This document shows, in pieces, positions 9,222 to 19,688 of a stretch of DNA of 32,000 nt. Below the pieces are notes generated by a model. The model was not told where the DNA came from and did not search any database. It saw only the letters and a program-made list of their open reading frames with translations. Origin of the DNA: Desulfobulbus propionicus. GTDB taxonomy: Bacteria; Desulfobacterota; Desulfobulbia; Desulfobulbales; Desulfobulbaceae. Location of the stretch: positions 4,747-36,746 of the forward strand of contig PDTD01000017.1 in assembly GCA_002748755.1 (NCBI GenBank), in the 5' to 3' direction. Positions within the stretch are counted from its first letter, which is position 1. Each line of letters begins with the position of its first letter. The translations under genes and the position numbers were made by a program.

Positions 9222-10628
9222 TCAACAACGAAGAAAACCATCCACATCATTGGCCACTATAACCCCATAGTTGATGGCCCCCAGCCAGCCGGACATAATA
9301 ATACCAACCGACCCGGCATGAAACAAGCCCGGAATTTCCTTGTGTAGGGATCGGGAAACCTCCAATCCTTCAAATTTAGTACCAAAAGATGTCCCTCTGG
9401 TGTGCAGAGTATAGCGATGAAACGTGCGGGGAGTGGCCGATTCCAGGGTGTCGATTTTGTCCCGTACCCCAGGAAGGTAGCGTTCAAGATCCTGCAGACA
9501 CCGTTCTATCATAGCCTGCTTGGCTTCCAGATATTGATTCTGCTCCAGACCTGCCCAGGCATTGTAATCGGCGTTCATTGAAGCCACAATGGTATAGTCC
9601 GGTTGGTCAGGACGGGTTTTGGGATAGTAAATGGAAAAAGTCCGGCTTGAGGTCTCCATACTGCACAGTTCACTGGCATCGAACTCCGGGGCGGAAGAAG
9701 AGAAAATCAGGTCTCCTATATCAGCAATGGCCTCACCCTTGCGTATCCCCATATAGACTTGGCAGCTTGAATTACTGACTATAACGCGGTCAAATCGAGA
9801 GAGGAAAGCTCCTCCAAATGCTTCCCTGCCAACGAGCTGCTCCACGGTATTGGTTATTCCTGCGTTGGACACCACTGATCGCGCCTCTATAAGGGTGTTG
9901 TCAACCAGCACGCCCTGTATCCGGCCCCGCTCAAGGACGACCCGCTCAACCAGCGCCCGAGTACAAATGGTGACCCCATTGGATTCCAGTTCTTCAGCCA
10001 TAAGGGCAATCAACCTGTCTGTCCCGCCCTGGAACGTAAAAACCCCTTTATTCATGAAGTTGGAAAATACAATACCGTACGTAATGGCCGGTTCGTCCAG
10101 GGTCGAGCCATTGGCATAGGTGATGGGTTCCATGAGTAACCTGTGCACATCACTCCTGCCCGGAAAAAACTGCTCAAACAGTTCCCTGGTGGTCATGGAC
10201 TGTTCATCGTAGAAATTCATGCTGTCCACGGTTTTAAAAAAATCATCAACAGTCTGGGGGTGAATGGCAAACTTTTCCTGGAGAATACGAATAAAGTCTT
10301 CCTTGCTGAAGGTGGTGGTCAAAGTAAACTGCGGGTTATTGAAGACAATATTTGGCAGCGGGACAATGGCGTCTCGAATGGCCTTTCCCCAATATTTTTT
10401 ACAGGTCTTAACCATGCCGTAAGGAAAACCATGGAGGGAAACATCGAAGATATGACCGCCGCGTCTGAACCAAGTTGCCAAGCCGCCAAGCTGAAAATGG
10501 TGCTCCAGAAGCAATACGCTGTGACCTGTCTTGGCCAGCCTGTTGGCACAGGTCAGGCCACCCAGACCTGAGCCGATGACAATAACATCGTAACGGGGCA
10601 GAAGTTGTTTTTTACCTGCACTCTTCAT
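9222..10628 (-). CDS. Phytoene-desaturase-like (CrtI family) FAD-dependent oxidoreductase
   Basis: [41 protein letters not shown]-terminus; C-terminal [29 protein letters not shown]. Confidence 0.85.
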   Translation of the reverse strand: MKSAGKKQLLPRYDVIVIGSGLGGLTCANRLAKTGHSVLLLEHHFQLGGLATWFRRGGHIFDVSLHGFPYGMVKTCKKYWGKAIRDAIVPLPNIVFNNPQFTLTTTFSKEDFIRILQEKFAIHPQTVDDFFKTVDSMNFYDEQSMTTRELFEQFFPGRSDVHRLLMEPITYANGSTLDEPAITYGIVFSNFMNKGVFTFQGGTDRLIALMAEELESNGVTICTRALVERVVLERGRIQGVLVDNTLIEARSVVSNAGITNTVEQLVGREAFGGAFLSRFDRVIVSNSSCQVYMGIRKGEAIADIGDLIFSSSAPEFDASELCSMETSSRTFSIYYPKTRPDQPDYTIVASMNADYNAWAGLEQNQYLEAKQAMIERCLQDLERYLPGVRDKIDTLESATPRTFHRYTLHTRGTSFGTKFEGLEVSRSLHKEIPGLFHAGSVGIIMSGWLGAINYGVIVANDVDGFLRC

Positions 10629-10648
10629 AATACGTCTACTTAATGGTG

Positions 10649-10895
10649 TAAAACTCCCTGCACACCAACTCAGGACAGGGATGTAGTTGTCTGTTCCTGA
10701 TGCAGTTCCTCAGAACGCACCCTCTTTGCACGACCACAGGCACTCTCCCGCGAAGCTAACAACCTTTCTGACTTGTAACAAAACCTTCTGGAAGACGATT
10801 TGAGAAAAATTTGGAATAATTGCTGCAATTACTTTATGTTCTAACTATTTATTCTATTTTCATTTCCATACAATGTTCATGAAAAATTTGGGCTA
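10649..10895 (+). repeat. MITE-like element copy K (diverged), between the two FAD oxidoreductase genes
   Basis: Right end AATGTTCATGAAAAATTTGGGCTA matches the family right end; left end TAAAACTCCCTGCACACCAACTCAGG aligns to D TAGCCCGGACTTCTCATCAACTCAGG mainly in its inner half. Confidence 0.6.
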
Positions 10896-12266
10896 GAGTA
10901 CATGGGTATTGACCATAACCACCCCGCTCAGCATGGACCCAACAATGCCCAGATATCCCTGATCGGTACCGGCAATATACAAATTTTTCCAGGGTGTTTT
11001 GCCCGTTGCCAGTTTAACAGGACTGCCGTAGACGGCACCAGCCTTTTTCCGGGTGAATCGCTCAATGGTAAGCGGGGTAAAACTGTCCTGAAAAACAATA
11101 TCCTCGGCATAGGGGCCAATAATCCTGCTGCTGCTTGCAACCGCCTCATGGGCGCAGCGCCTCTTTTCCTGCCGGTATTGTCTAGACGACAACGCCTGCC
11201 AGAGAGAATAATTGGCAGCATTGGTAACCCGTATCTGCGATTCTTCCATCTGTTCCAGCCCTTGAAAGTTTTGGGAAAAACAAATAACCCCCCATTGCGG
11301 ATCAATGAGTTCCCCTGGCTGTCTATAGCGCACCGAGTCGGCATGGCTGTAAAAAAGTATGGCCTCTCCGCTATGCAGCCTATCGGCAACATTCGGTTTG
11401 AGGACCGACAAGGTCTCCAAAAAGCTCATCCGGCCGGTATATTGTGCGGTCTCAGTCTGCCAACCGGTCAACCGTATGGTTTCTGGTATACCGACCGTGG
11501 AGACGATATGCTCTGCAGAAACAGACGTACCATCGGTAAAATGCGCTCTTTGCACCTTTTTCGAGTCATGCTCCAAGGTTTCAACAGCCTTGTTATAGCG
11601 AATCTCCCCCCCGAAGCGCTCGAATTGTTGCAGCACGAGCAGGAGAAAGTCCCGCATGGTGCCTTGGGGACGAAACAATCCTTCCTCGAAAAGAGCCCGG
11701 AACATGATGACAAACTGACCCAGACTCATGTCATCTTCTTCCGCGTTTCCGTAGACCATTGTCGGCAGGAGAATCATGCGCTCCAAAAGGGGTTCGGCAA
11801 GGTGATGGGATAAAAACGCGCGAGCAGACTGCCATGGTTGCACGCTAAAGGCATCATACTCTTTGACAGCCTGCCGCAGGCGTCGGAAACGATCAATACA
11901 GCCGGAGAAGGTCTGAGCAACCTCATCCTCCAGCAAGGCGACATCGTTTGAAAAGCGAATTGTAGCTGAGGGGAAACGTACAAGGGAATACTTCTGCGGA
12001 CATAGCTGGAACGTTTGACGGGAGAGTTTCAGCTGGCGAAACAACAGATTCAGGGGAGCTTTTTTTTCCCCTGGAAGAGCAAAATTCGTCATGGCATGCA
12101 GACCTGTCTCAAAAAACCGACCTTGCCTGTAAAAATAGGAGTTGAGTCCTCCCGGCAATGCATGCTGCTCAACAATAAGTGTCTTGACCCCGAAACGGGC
12201 GGCACGGATGCCTGCGGCAATGCCAGAGAGTCCGCCACCAATAACGAGGAGCTGATAATCAGCCAT
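10893..12266 (-). CDS. Second phytoene-desaturase-like FAD-dependent oxidoreductase
   Basis: LLVIGGGLSGIAAGIRAARFGVKTLIVEQHALPGGLNSYF; C-terminal NLYIAGTDQGYLGIVGSMLSGVVMVN. Confidence 0.85.
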   Translation of the reverse strand: MADYQLLVIGGGLSGIAAGIRAARFGVKTLIVEQHALPGGLNSYFYRQGRFFETGLHAMTNFALPGEKKAPLNLLFRQLKLSRQTFQLCPQKYSLVRFPSATIRFSNDVALLEDEVAQTFSGCIDRFRRLRQAVKEYDAFSVQPWQSARAFLSHHLAEPLLERMILLPTMVYGNAEEDDMSLGQFVIMFRALFEEGLFRPQGTMRDFLLLVLQQFERFGGEIRYNKAVETLEHDSKKVQRAHFTDGTSVSAEHIVSTVGIPETIRLTGWQTETAQYTGRMSFLETLSVLKPNVADRLHSGEAILFYSHADSVRYRQPGELIDPQWGVICFSQNFQGLEQMEESQIRVTNAANYSLWQALSSRQYRQEKRRCAHEAVASSSRIIGPYAEDIVFQDSFTPLTIERFTRKKAGAVYGSPVKLATGKTPWKNLYIAGTDQGYLGIVGSMLSGVVMVNTHVL

Positions 12267-12319
12267 AGAAGTTGTACGCCTGCGCTATTCCCTGCTTTTT
12301 CAAGAGCCTGGCAGAATAA

Positions 12320-12571
12320 TCAGGTGTTTTTAAGTTTTGGCTCCAGATAGTTGACACAACTTGTCAAAGTAACCAGTTCTGGATATTCCTCTTCTGGAAT
12401 CTGCACCTGATATCGCTTGCGCAATTCCATGACAATATCCAAGAAATCCATGGAATCCAGATCAAACTGATCACGCAGGGGCTCGTCGGCATCCAGATTG
12501 TCAAAATCTGCTTCTTCATCTATCTCTTCAATGATTTCAAGGACAACATCCTTGATTTCCTCACGAGTCAT
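12320..12571 (-). CDS. Acyl carrier protein
   Basis: MTREEIKDVVLEIIEEID...LRDQFDLDSMDFLDIVMEL with DSMD phosphopantetheine site. The ORF track begins at 12634; the internal Met at 12571 gives a normal ACP length. Confidence 0.88.
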   Translation of the reverse strand: MTREEIKDVVLEIIEEIDEEADFDNLDADEPLRDQFDLDSMDFLDIVMELRKRYQVQIPEEEYPELVTLTSCVNYLEPKLKNT

Positions 12572-12640
12572 TCGATAACCTCTCCTCTCCACACAATACC
12601 AGATAAACAAACCAGGGGACTTCTTGCCAGCCAATGGTCA

Positions 12641-12860
12641 TAGCCCGAACTTCTCATGAACATTGTGCAGAAATAAAAAAAGTATTATAAAATCAATAAA
12701 CTAGGAAAAAAGTGTCACCAATCTCTCCAAAATATACATCAAAGCTCAGTTCGGCTGTCACCATCTTCGCCAGTGTTTTGACAGTACATAGAGGGTACGA
12801 GAATGCACTGCCCAAAACTGTGCATCTGGCACCGCCTGTGCTAATGAGAAATCCGGAATC
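12641..12860 (-). repeat. MITE-like element copy A, between the ACP and KS genes
   Basis: Plus strand begins TAGCCCGAACTTCTCATGAACAT (family right end) and finishes GGCACCGCCTGTGCTAATGAGAAATCCGG (family left end). Confidence 0.85.
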
Positions 12861-12943
12861 GTTTACGTTCACGTCTCCAACCAGTACCCGGGGGCAATGC
12901 CTCAGCAAGGCCGACAAAGCCGAAACACATACCACAAAAACAG

Positions 12944-14194
12944 TCAGTTTGCCATAAATCTCTTGACTATAACCACTGAATTTATCCCCAGCATCCCAAA
13001 GGAATTGTTAAGAATGGCATGCACCTCGGGGACTGTCCGCGGTTCATCAATGACCAGGCCGCGAAGGTTGCACGCCGGATCCAGTTCATCGATATTGATA
13101 GTTGGATGGACCATATGATCAGTAAAGGTCGGTAGGTTACATGCCAATTCCAACACGCCTGCCGCGCCCATGGCATGGCCGATGGTGGATTTGGTGTTAT
13201 TTATCCATGTGGTGGGGCAATCGTTGAAGAGTTCTCCGACAGCCCAGCACTCCTCCCCGTCCCCCTGGGGAGTCCCTGTGGCATGGGTATTGACAACGGT
13301 TATATGCTCTGGTGACATCCCCGCTTTTTTCAAGGCCATCTCCATACAGGCTTTCTGTCTGGGCCCATATGGCAGAACAAAGTCCCTTGCATCGGAGTTC
13401 ATGGCATAGCCTGCTATCTCACAATATATTGTGGCTTGGCGTTTCAAGGCCTTGTCCAGGCGCTCCAGGGTAAAGATGCAGCCTCCATCGGAAATAACAA
13501 TGCCGTTGCGCCCCTTGTCAAAGGGGCGACTGGCTTGAGTTGGATCTTCGTGCTCCGCCAATGCTCCTTGGGCTTTGAAGCTGGCAAAAATACCGAAAGA
13601 GCCTGTACATTCAGAAAAGCCACCACACAACGCCAGGTCCACCTCATCAAGCAGCAACATCTGAACCCCCTGGATCAGAGAGGCGTTGCCAGCAGCACAG
13701 GCAGCGCCAATAGAGTAGTGGGGACCGGTAATCCCCAGGTTCATGGTTATTTCACCAGCGGGATTATTCAATACGGTGCGGGGATTATGGTGGTGTGTCC
13801 AGTACTGGACGTTGTTGTCAAATTGGCCTATGTTATACACTTCATTTTCCGTTTCAACGGTTCCGTGTTCCGTCAGGCCAGTGTATACTCCAGTTCGGCT
13901 TTTATCATACTCTGTAAAATCGATCCGGGCATCGGTCAAAGCTTCGTTGGCACAATACACAGCCATACATCCGGCGCGGGTGCCCCTCTTGTTTTCACGC
14001 TTTTTACGGTATCGGGTTTCATCAAAACTGCACAGGCCTGCCGGATGAGGCCCCATATATCGCAAGTCCAGAGTGCCAATACCGCTCTTTCCCTCCAGTA
14101 CATTGCTCCTGAATTCTTTGAGGGAAGAAGCCCCGGGGGCCACCAACCCAACCCCGGTTATAACTATACGTTGTGAATCTGCTAATATGTTCAT
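12944..14194 (-). CDS. FabF-like beta-ketoacyl-ACP synthase
   Basis: 416 aa with intact Cys-His-His: IGAACAAGNAS, VVNTHATGTPQGD, INNTKSTIGHAMGAAG. Confidence 0.92.
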   Translation of the reverse strand: MNILADSQRIVITGVGLVAPGASSLKEFRSNVLEGKSGIGTLDLRYMGPHPAGLCSFDETRYRKKRENKRGTRAGCMAVYCANEALTDARIDFTEYDKSRTGVYTGLTEHGTVETENEVYNIGQFDNNVQYWTHHHNPRTVLNNPAGEITMNLGITGPHYSIGAACAAGNASLIQGVQMLLLDEVDLALCGGFSECTGSFGIFASFKAQGALAEHEDPTQASRPFDKGRNGIVISDGGCIFTLERLDKALKRQATIYCEIAGYAMNSDARDFVLPYGPRQKACMEMALKKAGMSPEHITVVNTHATGTPQGDGEECWAVGELFNDCPTTWINNTKSTIGHAMGAAGVLELACNLPTFTDHMVHPTINIDELDPACNLRGLVIDEPRTVPEVHAILNNSFGMLGINSVVIVKRFMAN

Positions 14195-14535
14195 TCTCTA
14201 TCTTTTCTTCAACTGAGGTCTCCAGGCTCCTGGACTAAAACAATCGTCTGAGAGACTATACAAAAAGTTCTCACTATTCTCAGAGGATGCGAACGTGAGG
14301 ATAAGGAGCAGGCCAGTATAGGTCTGCTCAGACATGAGGAGTTGGATCCTGCGCCTGCCCTATCCGCATGCAGGCAAAAACCAGATCCAAAGCAGACAAA
14401 AAAGAATGCGGAAAACATCTGAAAAGGTCCATGCCGCCCTTTTGCTTATTTCTCAGAATACACCTGTACCCCTAAGTCGGTGAGCCCAGAGAGCAGTAAG
14501 CGGATATGCCCCTCAAAAGACCTGTGCACGCAGCG

Positions 14536-17181
14536 CTACTGCAGCAGTTTTCGGACTATCTCCGGCACTTCGGCCATGGCTTCACCCAGCTTATCAGGCA
14601 TAGAGCCACCGGCCTGAGCCATATCAGGCCGACCGCCCCCTTTTCCACCAACAATGGCAGCGACCTGCTGGACCACCTCACCGGCCTTGATTCTTGTGGT
14701 CAGGTCTTTGGAAACCAGAGACAACAGGGCAGCCTTACCTGCAAACTCGCCGCCAAGCACCGCGACTCCTGAGACCAGTTTATCCCGCACTTTATCACCG
14801 ATTTCACGGAGCGTCTTGGGGCTGTCCAATTGCACAAGGGATGCGACAACCGGCACACCAGCCACCTCAACAGCCCCTGCAATCATCTGCTCCAGATTGG
14901 CCAGGGACATGGAAGCATGTAACGAGGCAATCTCTTTTTCCAGCTCTTTTTGGCGTCTAAGCAAGGCGGCAATCTTGTCCGCTGCGCTCTCAAAAGGTCC
15001 GGCAACAGCTTCGGACACAGCAGCGACATTCCTGATCAAGCCATGCATCCAGGCAACGGCCTCGGCACCAGTCACCGCTTCGATTCGCCGTACGCCTGCA
15101 GCAATACCTGTTTCATGAATTATCTTGAAAAATCCTATGTTGCCGGTAGCAGAGGTATGTGTACCACCACAGAGTTCTTTACTGAAATTGCCGATAGAAA
15201 CCACCCGCACCGTATCTCCATATTTTTCTCCAAAAAGGGCTGTCGCCCCTTCGGCAATGGCCTGCTCACGCTCCATGACCTCTCCACTCACCCGGGTATT
15301 ACGCCTTATCTCATCATTGACAAGTTGTTCAATGCGGATGATTTCTTCAGGAGTAATCGGAGAGAAATGGGTACAGTCAAATCGTAATCGCTTGTCGTCC
15401 ACCAACGATCCGGCCTGTTTCACATGATCTCCCAAGACCTCTTTCAGGGCAGCATGCACAAGGTGGGTTGCTGTATGATTCAAAGCGACAGCGATTCTTC
15501 GCGCTCCCACCTCCAAACAGACGGCTTGACCAACTTTGGCCGTGCCTGCTTCTACCACGCCATGGTGGAGGATGATGCCCTCCGCTGGAGACGTTGTCTG
15601 CTCCACCAAAATCCGTCCATTCTGCCAGCGTATTTCTCCAGAGTCACCGACCTGTCCACCAGATTCTGCGTAAAAGGGAGTTTTCGCACAGACAAAACGA
15701 ACTCTTCTCCCCTGCCCGGCTTGGTCCACCAACTGCCCATGCTCATCAAGAATACCTATAAATTCCGACTCTTCAACCCGGGCGGCATATCCGGTGAAAT
15801 CGCACCGCGTTCCCTGCTCAAGCAGCGTGAGTACGCCCTCGTCCAGATGATCGATATCGCTTCCTTTCCATGACCTCCTGGACTGCTCACGCTGATGTTG
15901 CATGGATTGGTCAAATCCCTGCTGGTCAAAACCGACACCCCGCTCAATGGCAATATCGCGAACGATGTCCACGGGAAAACCGTAAGTATCATAGAGCGTA
16001 AAGATAAAGGTACCGTCAATGACGGCATTCTCGACACGTTTTTGCTGGAGACGCTCTATCTCCTGACCGAGCTTCTGCAAGCCATTGTCTAGAGTTTGGC
16101 CAAACCGTCTTTCCTCATTGCTCACCACTTTGGCAAGCAGCTTCTTTGTTTCTCCTAGGTGCGGATAGGCTGCCACCATATTCTCCGTCACTAAGGCGCA
16201 GACACCAGGAAAAAAGGAATCCAGTCCCAGGGCGCGGCCATAACGAATGGCTCTGCGCATAATTCTGCGCAGTACATACCCCCGCCCTTCATTGGACGGG
16301 AGTACGCCATCTGCCACCAGAAAGGTTGTTGCCCGGGCATGATCCGCAATGACCCGAAGTGAGACATCGTCCTGATCATTATCGTGATACTTTTTCCCTG
16401 CAAGTTTGGCTATATACTCAATAAGCGGGGTAAACAGATCACAATCAAAATTATTGTGTTTCCCCTGAAGAACGGCTGCAACGCGTTCAAGCCCCATGCC
16501 TGTATCAATGGAAGGCTTTGGCAGCGGGGTCATGTTCCCTTCTTCATCGCGATAGAACTGCATAAACACGAGGTTCCAGAGTTCCAGATACCGGTCACAA
16601 TCACATCCCAAAAAACAATCAGGCCTACCGCAGCCAAGGCTTTCCCCCTGATCGATATGAATCTCTGAACAGGGTCCGCAAGGCCCTGTGTCACCCATGG
16701 CCCAAAAGTTGTCTTTTTCGCCCATACGCACAATTCTACCAGCAGGAAGGCCTTGCACCTCTTCCCACAGTGCATACGCCTCATCGTCCTCTTTATAAAC
16801 GGATACCCAGAGTTTTTCGGGATCAATACCAAGTTCTACGGTCAGAAACTCCCAGGCAAAGGCAATAGCCTCCTTTTTAAAATAATCGCCAAAAGAGAAA
16901 TTTCCCATCATCTCGAAAAAGGTATGATGCCGGGCTGTATAGCCAACGTTCTCGAGGTCATTGTGCTTGCCGCCTGCCCGTACGCAGCCCTGGGCCGTTG
17001 TCGCTCGCACATAAGGGCGCTTTTCTTCACCCATGAATACCTTTTTGAACTGCACCATCCCTGCGTTGACAAAGAGCAGGGTCGGGTCATCATGGGGCAC
17101 AAGCGAGGAAGACGCTACCCTGGTATGACCATTTCCTTCAAAAAATTGCAAAAAACGTCTTCGGATCTCTTCTCCAGTCAT
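14536..17181 (-). CDS. alaS: Alanyl-tRNA synthetase
   Basis: 881 aa; FLQFFEGNGHTRVASSSLVPHDDPTLLFVNAGMVQFK, FTHxxAH-type editing region NHTATHLVHAAL, ELCGGTHTSATGNIG. Confidence 0.98.
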   Translation of the reverse strand: MTGEEIRRRFLQFFEGNGHTRVASSSLVPHDDPTLLFVNAGMVQFKKVFMGEEKRPYVRATTAQGCVRAGGKHNDLENVGYTARHHTFFEMMGNFSFGDYFKKEAIAFAWEFLTVELGIDPEKLWVSVYKEDDEAYALWEEVQGLPAGRIVRMGEKDNFWAMGDTGPCGPCSEIHIDQGESLGCGRPDCFLGCDCDRYLELWNLVFMQFYRDEEGNMTPLPKPSIDTGMGLERVAAVLQGKHNNFDCDLFTPLIEYIAKLAGKKYHDNDQDDVSLRVIADHARATTFLVADGVLPSNEGRGYVLRRIMRRAIRYGRALGLDSFFPGVCALVTENMVAAYPHLGETKKLLAKVVSNEERRFGQTLDNGLQKLGQEIERLQQKRVENAVIDGTFIFTLYDTYGFPVDIVRDIAIERGVGFDQQGFDQSMQHQREQSRRSWKGSDIDHLDEGVLTLLEQGTRCDFTGYAARVEESEFIGILDEHGQLVDQAGQGRRVRFVCAKTPFYAESGGQVGDSGEIRWQNGRILVEQTTSPAEGIILHHGVVEAGTAKVGQAVCLEVGARRIAVALNHTATHLVHAALKEVLGDHVKQAGSLVDDKRLRFDCTHFSPITPEEIIRIEQLVNDEIRRNTRVSGEVMEREQAIAEGATALFGEKYGDTVRVVSIGNFSKELCGGTHTSATGNIGFFKIIHETGIAAGVRRIEAVTGAEAVAWMHGLIRNVAAVSEAVAGPFESAADKIAALLRRQKELEKEIASLHASMSLANLEQMIAGAVEVAGVPVVASLVQLDSPKTLREIGDKVRDKLVSGVAVLGGEFAGKAALLSLVSKDLTTRIKAGEVVQQVAAIVGGKGGGRPDMAQAGGSMPDKLGEAMAEVPEIVRKLLQ

Positions 17182-17441
17182 TGCTCAACAAAAAAGTAAA
17201 AGTTATATCTAATCGGGCGGAAGGCAGCCCGGGCATGGATGTGCAGTCCCCCTGCAGGCATCTCTTTTGGTCCTGAAAAAAGAAAGCTGCATGATATACA
17301 CGAAATGTTCTCATGCCAATAAAAAAACACCTTCTGCCCTTGTCCAATGCAGGTCGGCAACGCAGGTCGACAACAAATGGGGGCCCAGGGAGCCGGTCTT
17401 GCAAAACCCGGCCCCTTTCCTTGTTCCTGCTCTGTCTGGAA

Positions 17442-17481
17442 AACAAAACAGGCAGGGCACCCCTGCCCTGCCTGTTTTGTT
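17442..17481. terminator. Strong symmetric hairpin, probable bidirectional/Rho-independent terminator downstream of acs
   Basis: AACAAAACAGGCAGGGCA-CCCC-TGCCCTGCCTGTTTTGTT: 18-bp perfect stem, 4-nt loop; T-rich run reading from either side. Confidence 0.75.
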
Positions 17482-17495
17482 CTCTTCGGAAACTC

Positions 17496-17635
17496 TCGCC
17501 CGGATTGTTCATGGACATTTTGTCTCCTTTGAAAAAAAAGAGACAAAAACAGATGGATGTAATGTCCGTGAGCAGGTCCGAACTTCGACAAAATATGCAC
17601 CTGGCACAGCCTGAGCTGATAAGAAATCCAGGCTA
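17496..17635 (-). repeat. MITE-like element copy C, core-deleted (about 140 bp)
   Basis: Plus strand TCGCCCGGATTGTTCATGGACATTTTGTCTCC...AGAGACAAAAACAGATGG...GCACCTGGCACAGCCTGAGCTGATAAGAAATCCAGGCTA; both ends present, internal core missing. Confidence 0.85.
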
Positions 17636-19621
17636 ACTGAGCTGTTTTTTCCCTGCCACAAGCTGATCGACAACAGCCGGATCGGCCAGAGTCGAAATAT
17701 CGCCAAAATCAGCAAAATCATCGGCTGCAATCTTACGCAATATTCGACGCATGATTTTACCTGAGCGTGTTTTCGGCAGCCCCGGTGCCCACTGGATCAC
17801 CTCAGGGGTGGCAATGGGGCCTATCTCTTTTCGCACATGCATTCTCAACTCTGCAAGCAGCTCTTCGGTCTCCTCAGCCCAACTCATCAAAGTGACATAG
17901 GCAAAAATGCCCTGCCCCTTAATCGGGTGCGGCATGCCAACAGCAGCAGCTTCTGCCACGGCCTCGTGGGACACCAAAGCAGACTCGATTTCTGCTGTCC
18001 CCAGGCGATGGCCGCTGACGTTGATTACATCATCAAGACGACCCAGTATCCAGAAATAGCCATCCTCGTCGCAACGGGCGCCATCCTCGGGATCATAAAT
18101 ACCCTCATACCGGCTGAAATAGGTTCTCTTGTACCGCTCTGGATCGCCGAAAACCCCCCTGAGCATGCCTGGCCAGGGCCTGCGTATGACGAGATGTCCG
18201 CCCTCATTAACCCCAGCTTCCTCCCCTGCTTCATTGAGTATGGCCGCATCAATGCCAGGCAACGGAAAACTGGCGGAGCCGGGTTTCAGTGAGGTTGCAT
18301 ATGGCAGAGGAGCAATCATAATGCCGCCGGTCTCCGTCTGCCACCAGGTATCAACGATGGGCAATTTTTCCTTGCCCACGTTGACATAATACCACATCCA
18401 GGCTTCTGGATTGATCGGCTCACCCACTGATCCCAGGACGCGCAGACTGCTCATATCATAGCGCTCGGTATGCTCCACTCCCTCCCGCATAAGCGCTCGG
18501 ATAGCAGTCGGAGCAGTGTAAAAGATATTGACCTTGAATTTCTCGACGATTTTCCAAAATCGATCTGGCGCCGGGTAGTTGGGGACTCCCTCAAACATGA
18601 CAGAGGTAGCACCCAGACCAAGAGGGCCATAGAGGATATAACTGTGGCCTGTTATCCAGCCAATGTCGGCTGTACACCAGTATACATCGTCGTCCTTGAG
18701 GTCAAAAGCCCACTGGCAGGTATGCATGACGTAGGTCAAATAGCCTCCAGTGGTGTGCACCACTCCTTTGGGTTTCCCAGTGGATCCCGAGGTATAGAGA
18801 ATAAAAAGCAGATCCTCTGCATCCATGGATTCCGGTGCACAGTCCGATGTAATATCCCTGGCCTCCATTTCTTCGTGCCACCAGCAGTCTCTTCCTTCCT
18901 GCATAGTATGTACTTCAGTCTGTCCCCGGTTGACCACAATGCAGGTCTCCACGCTGTCACATTCCTCCAAGGCCTCATCCGCATTGACCTTGAGCGGAAT
19001 AGCCTTGCCAGAACGCAAAACAGCATCAGCGGTAATCAGCACCTTTGCTTCGCAATCCTGAATGCGACTCTGCAGGGCAACAGCAGAAAAACCTGCAAAA
19101 ACGACAGAATGCACTACCCCCAGCCTAGCACAGGCCAAAAGTGAAATAGCCAACTCCGGTATCATCGGAAGATAAATGGCAACCCGATCACCTTTTTTCA
19201 CGCCTTTCTTTTTTAAGACATTGGCAAATCGACACACCTCCGTATGCAGCATCTGGTAGGTATAAACCCGTACATCCTCTTCAGGTTCACCCTGCCATAT
19301 GAGGGCTGCCTTGTTCCGCCTGCCATCCGTCAGATGGCGATCCAGACAATTTGTTGAAATATTAAGTTTTCCGCCCTTGAACCACTGCACTTCGGGTTCC
19401 GTCAGATCAGCCTCAACCACCGTGTCCCATTTTTTGTCCCAGGTAACGAGTTGTTCTGCCCTCTCCGCCCAAAAGCCTTCTGGATCGTCCATGGATCGTT
19501 TATAGGCTGCCCGGTACTCCTCCATAGATTTGATCCAGGCCTGCTCACGACCTTCCTCTGGCGGCTCAAACGTACTGCCTGCACTCAACAAGCTTGTAAT
19601 TTTAATGTCCTGCTCACTCAT
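17633..19621 (-). CDS. acs: Acetyl-CoA synthetase
   Basis: 662 aa; [76 protein letters not shown]. Confidence 0.97.
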   Translation of the reverse strand: MSEQDIKITSLLSAGSTFEPPEEGREQAWIKSMEEYRAAYKRSMDDPEGFWAERAEQLVTWDKKWDTVVEADLTEPEVQWFKGGKLNISTNCLDRHLTDGRRNKAALIWQGEPEEDVRVYTYQMLHTEVCRFANVLKKKGVKKGDRVAIYLPMIPELAISLLACARLGVVHSVVFAGFSAVALQSRIQDCEAKVLITADAVLRSGKAIPLKVNADEALEECDSVETCIVVNRGQTEVHTMQEGRDCWWHEEMEARDITSDCAPESMDAEDLLFILYTSGSTGKPKGVVHTTGGYLTYVMHTCQWAFDLKDDDVYWCTADIGWITGHSYILYGPLGLGATSVMFEGVPNYPAPDRFWKIVEKFKVNIFYTAPTAIRALMREGVEHTERYDMSSLRVLGSVGEPINPEAWMWYYVNVGKEKLPIVDTWWQTETGGIMIAPLPYATSLKPGSASFPLPGIDAAILNEAGEEAGVNEGGHLVIRRPWPGMLRGVFGDPERYKRTYFSRYEGIYDPEDGARCDEDGYFWILGRLDDVINVSGHRLGTAEIESALVSHEAVAEAAAVGMPHPIKGQGIFAYVTLMSWAEETEELLAELRMHVRKEIGPIATPEVIQWAPGLPKTRSGKIMRRILRKIAADDFADFGDISTLADPAVVDQLVAGKKQLS

Positions 19622-19688
19622 ATTTCCCTCTAACTGAAGCTTTAGGTGTCAGATAAAATGTCTGTTCTTTTAGCGGATCACTGTTGCC

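Noticed and set aside
10629-10892. Possible promoter or riboswitch between the FAD oxidoreductase genes
   Set aside because: Most of the interval is explained by diverged element K; no recognisable aptamer or convincing -35/-10 pair.
12693-12935. 80-aa minus ORF between ACP and KS, with similar-looking element ORFs at 20168-20386, 23745-23957 and 17509-17730
   Set aside because: These frames read through the MITE-like element copies. Shared peptide strings such as YPSEMRYPKF and RNPG come from repeat DNA, and frames break between copies.
14195-14535. Gap between the KS gene and the alaS stop as a structured RNA candidate
   Set aside because: Only short stems of about 5 bp seen; no match to a known RNA by eye.
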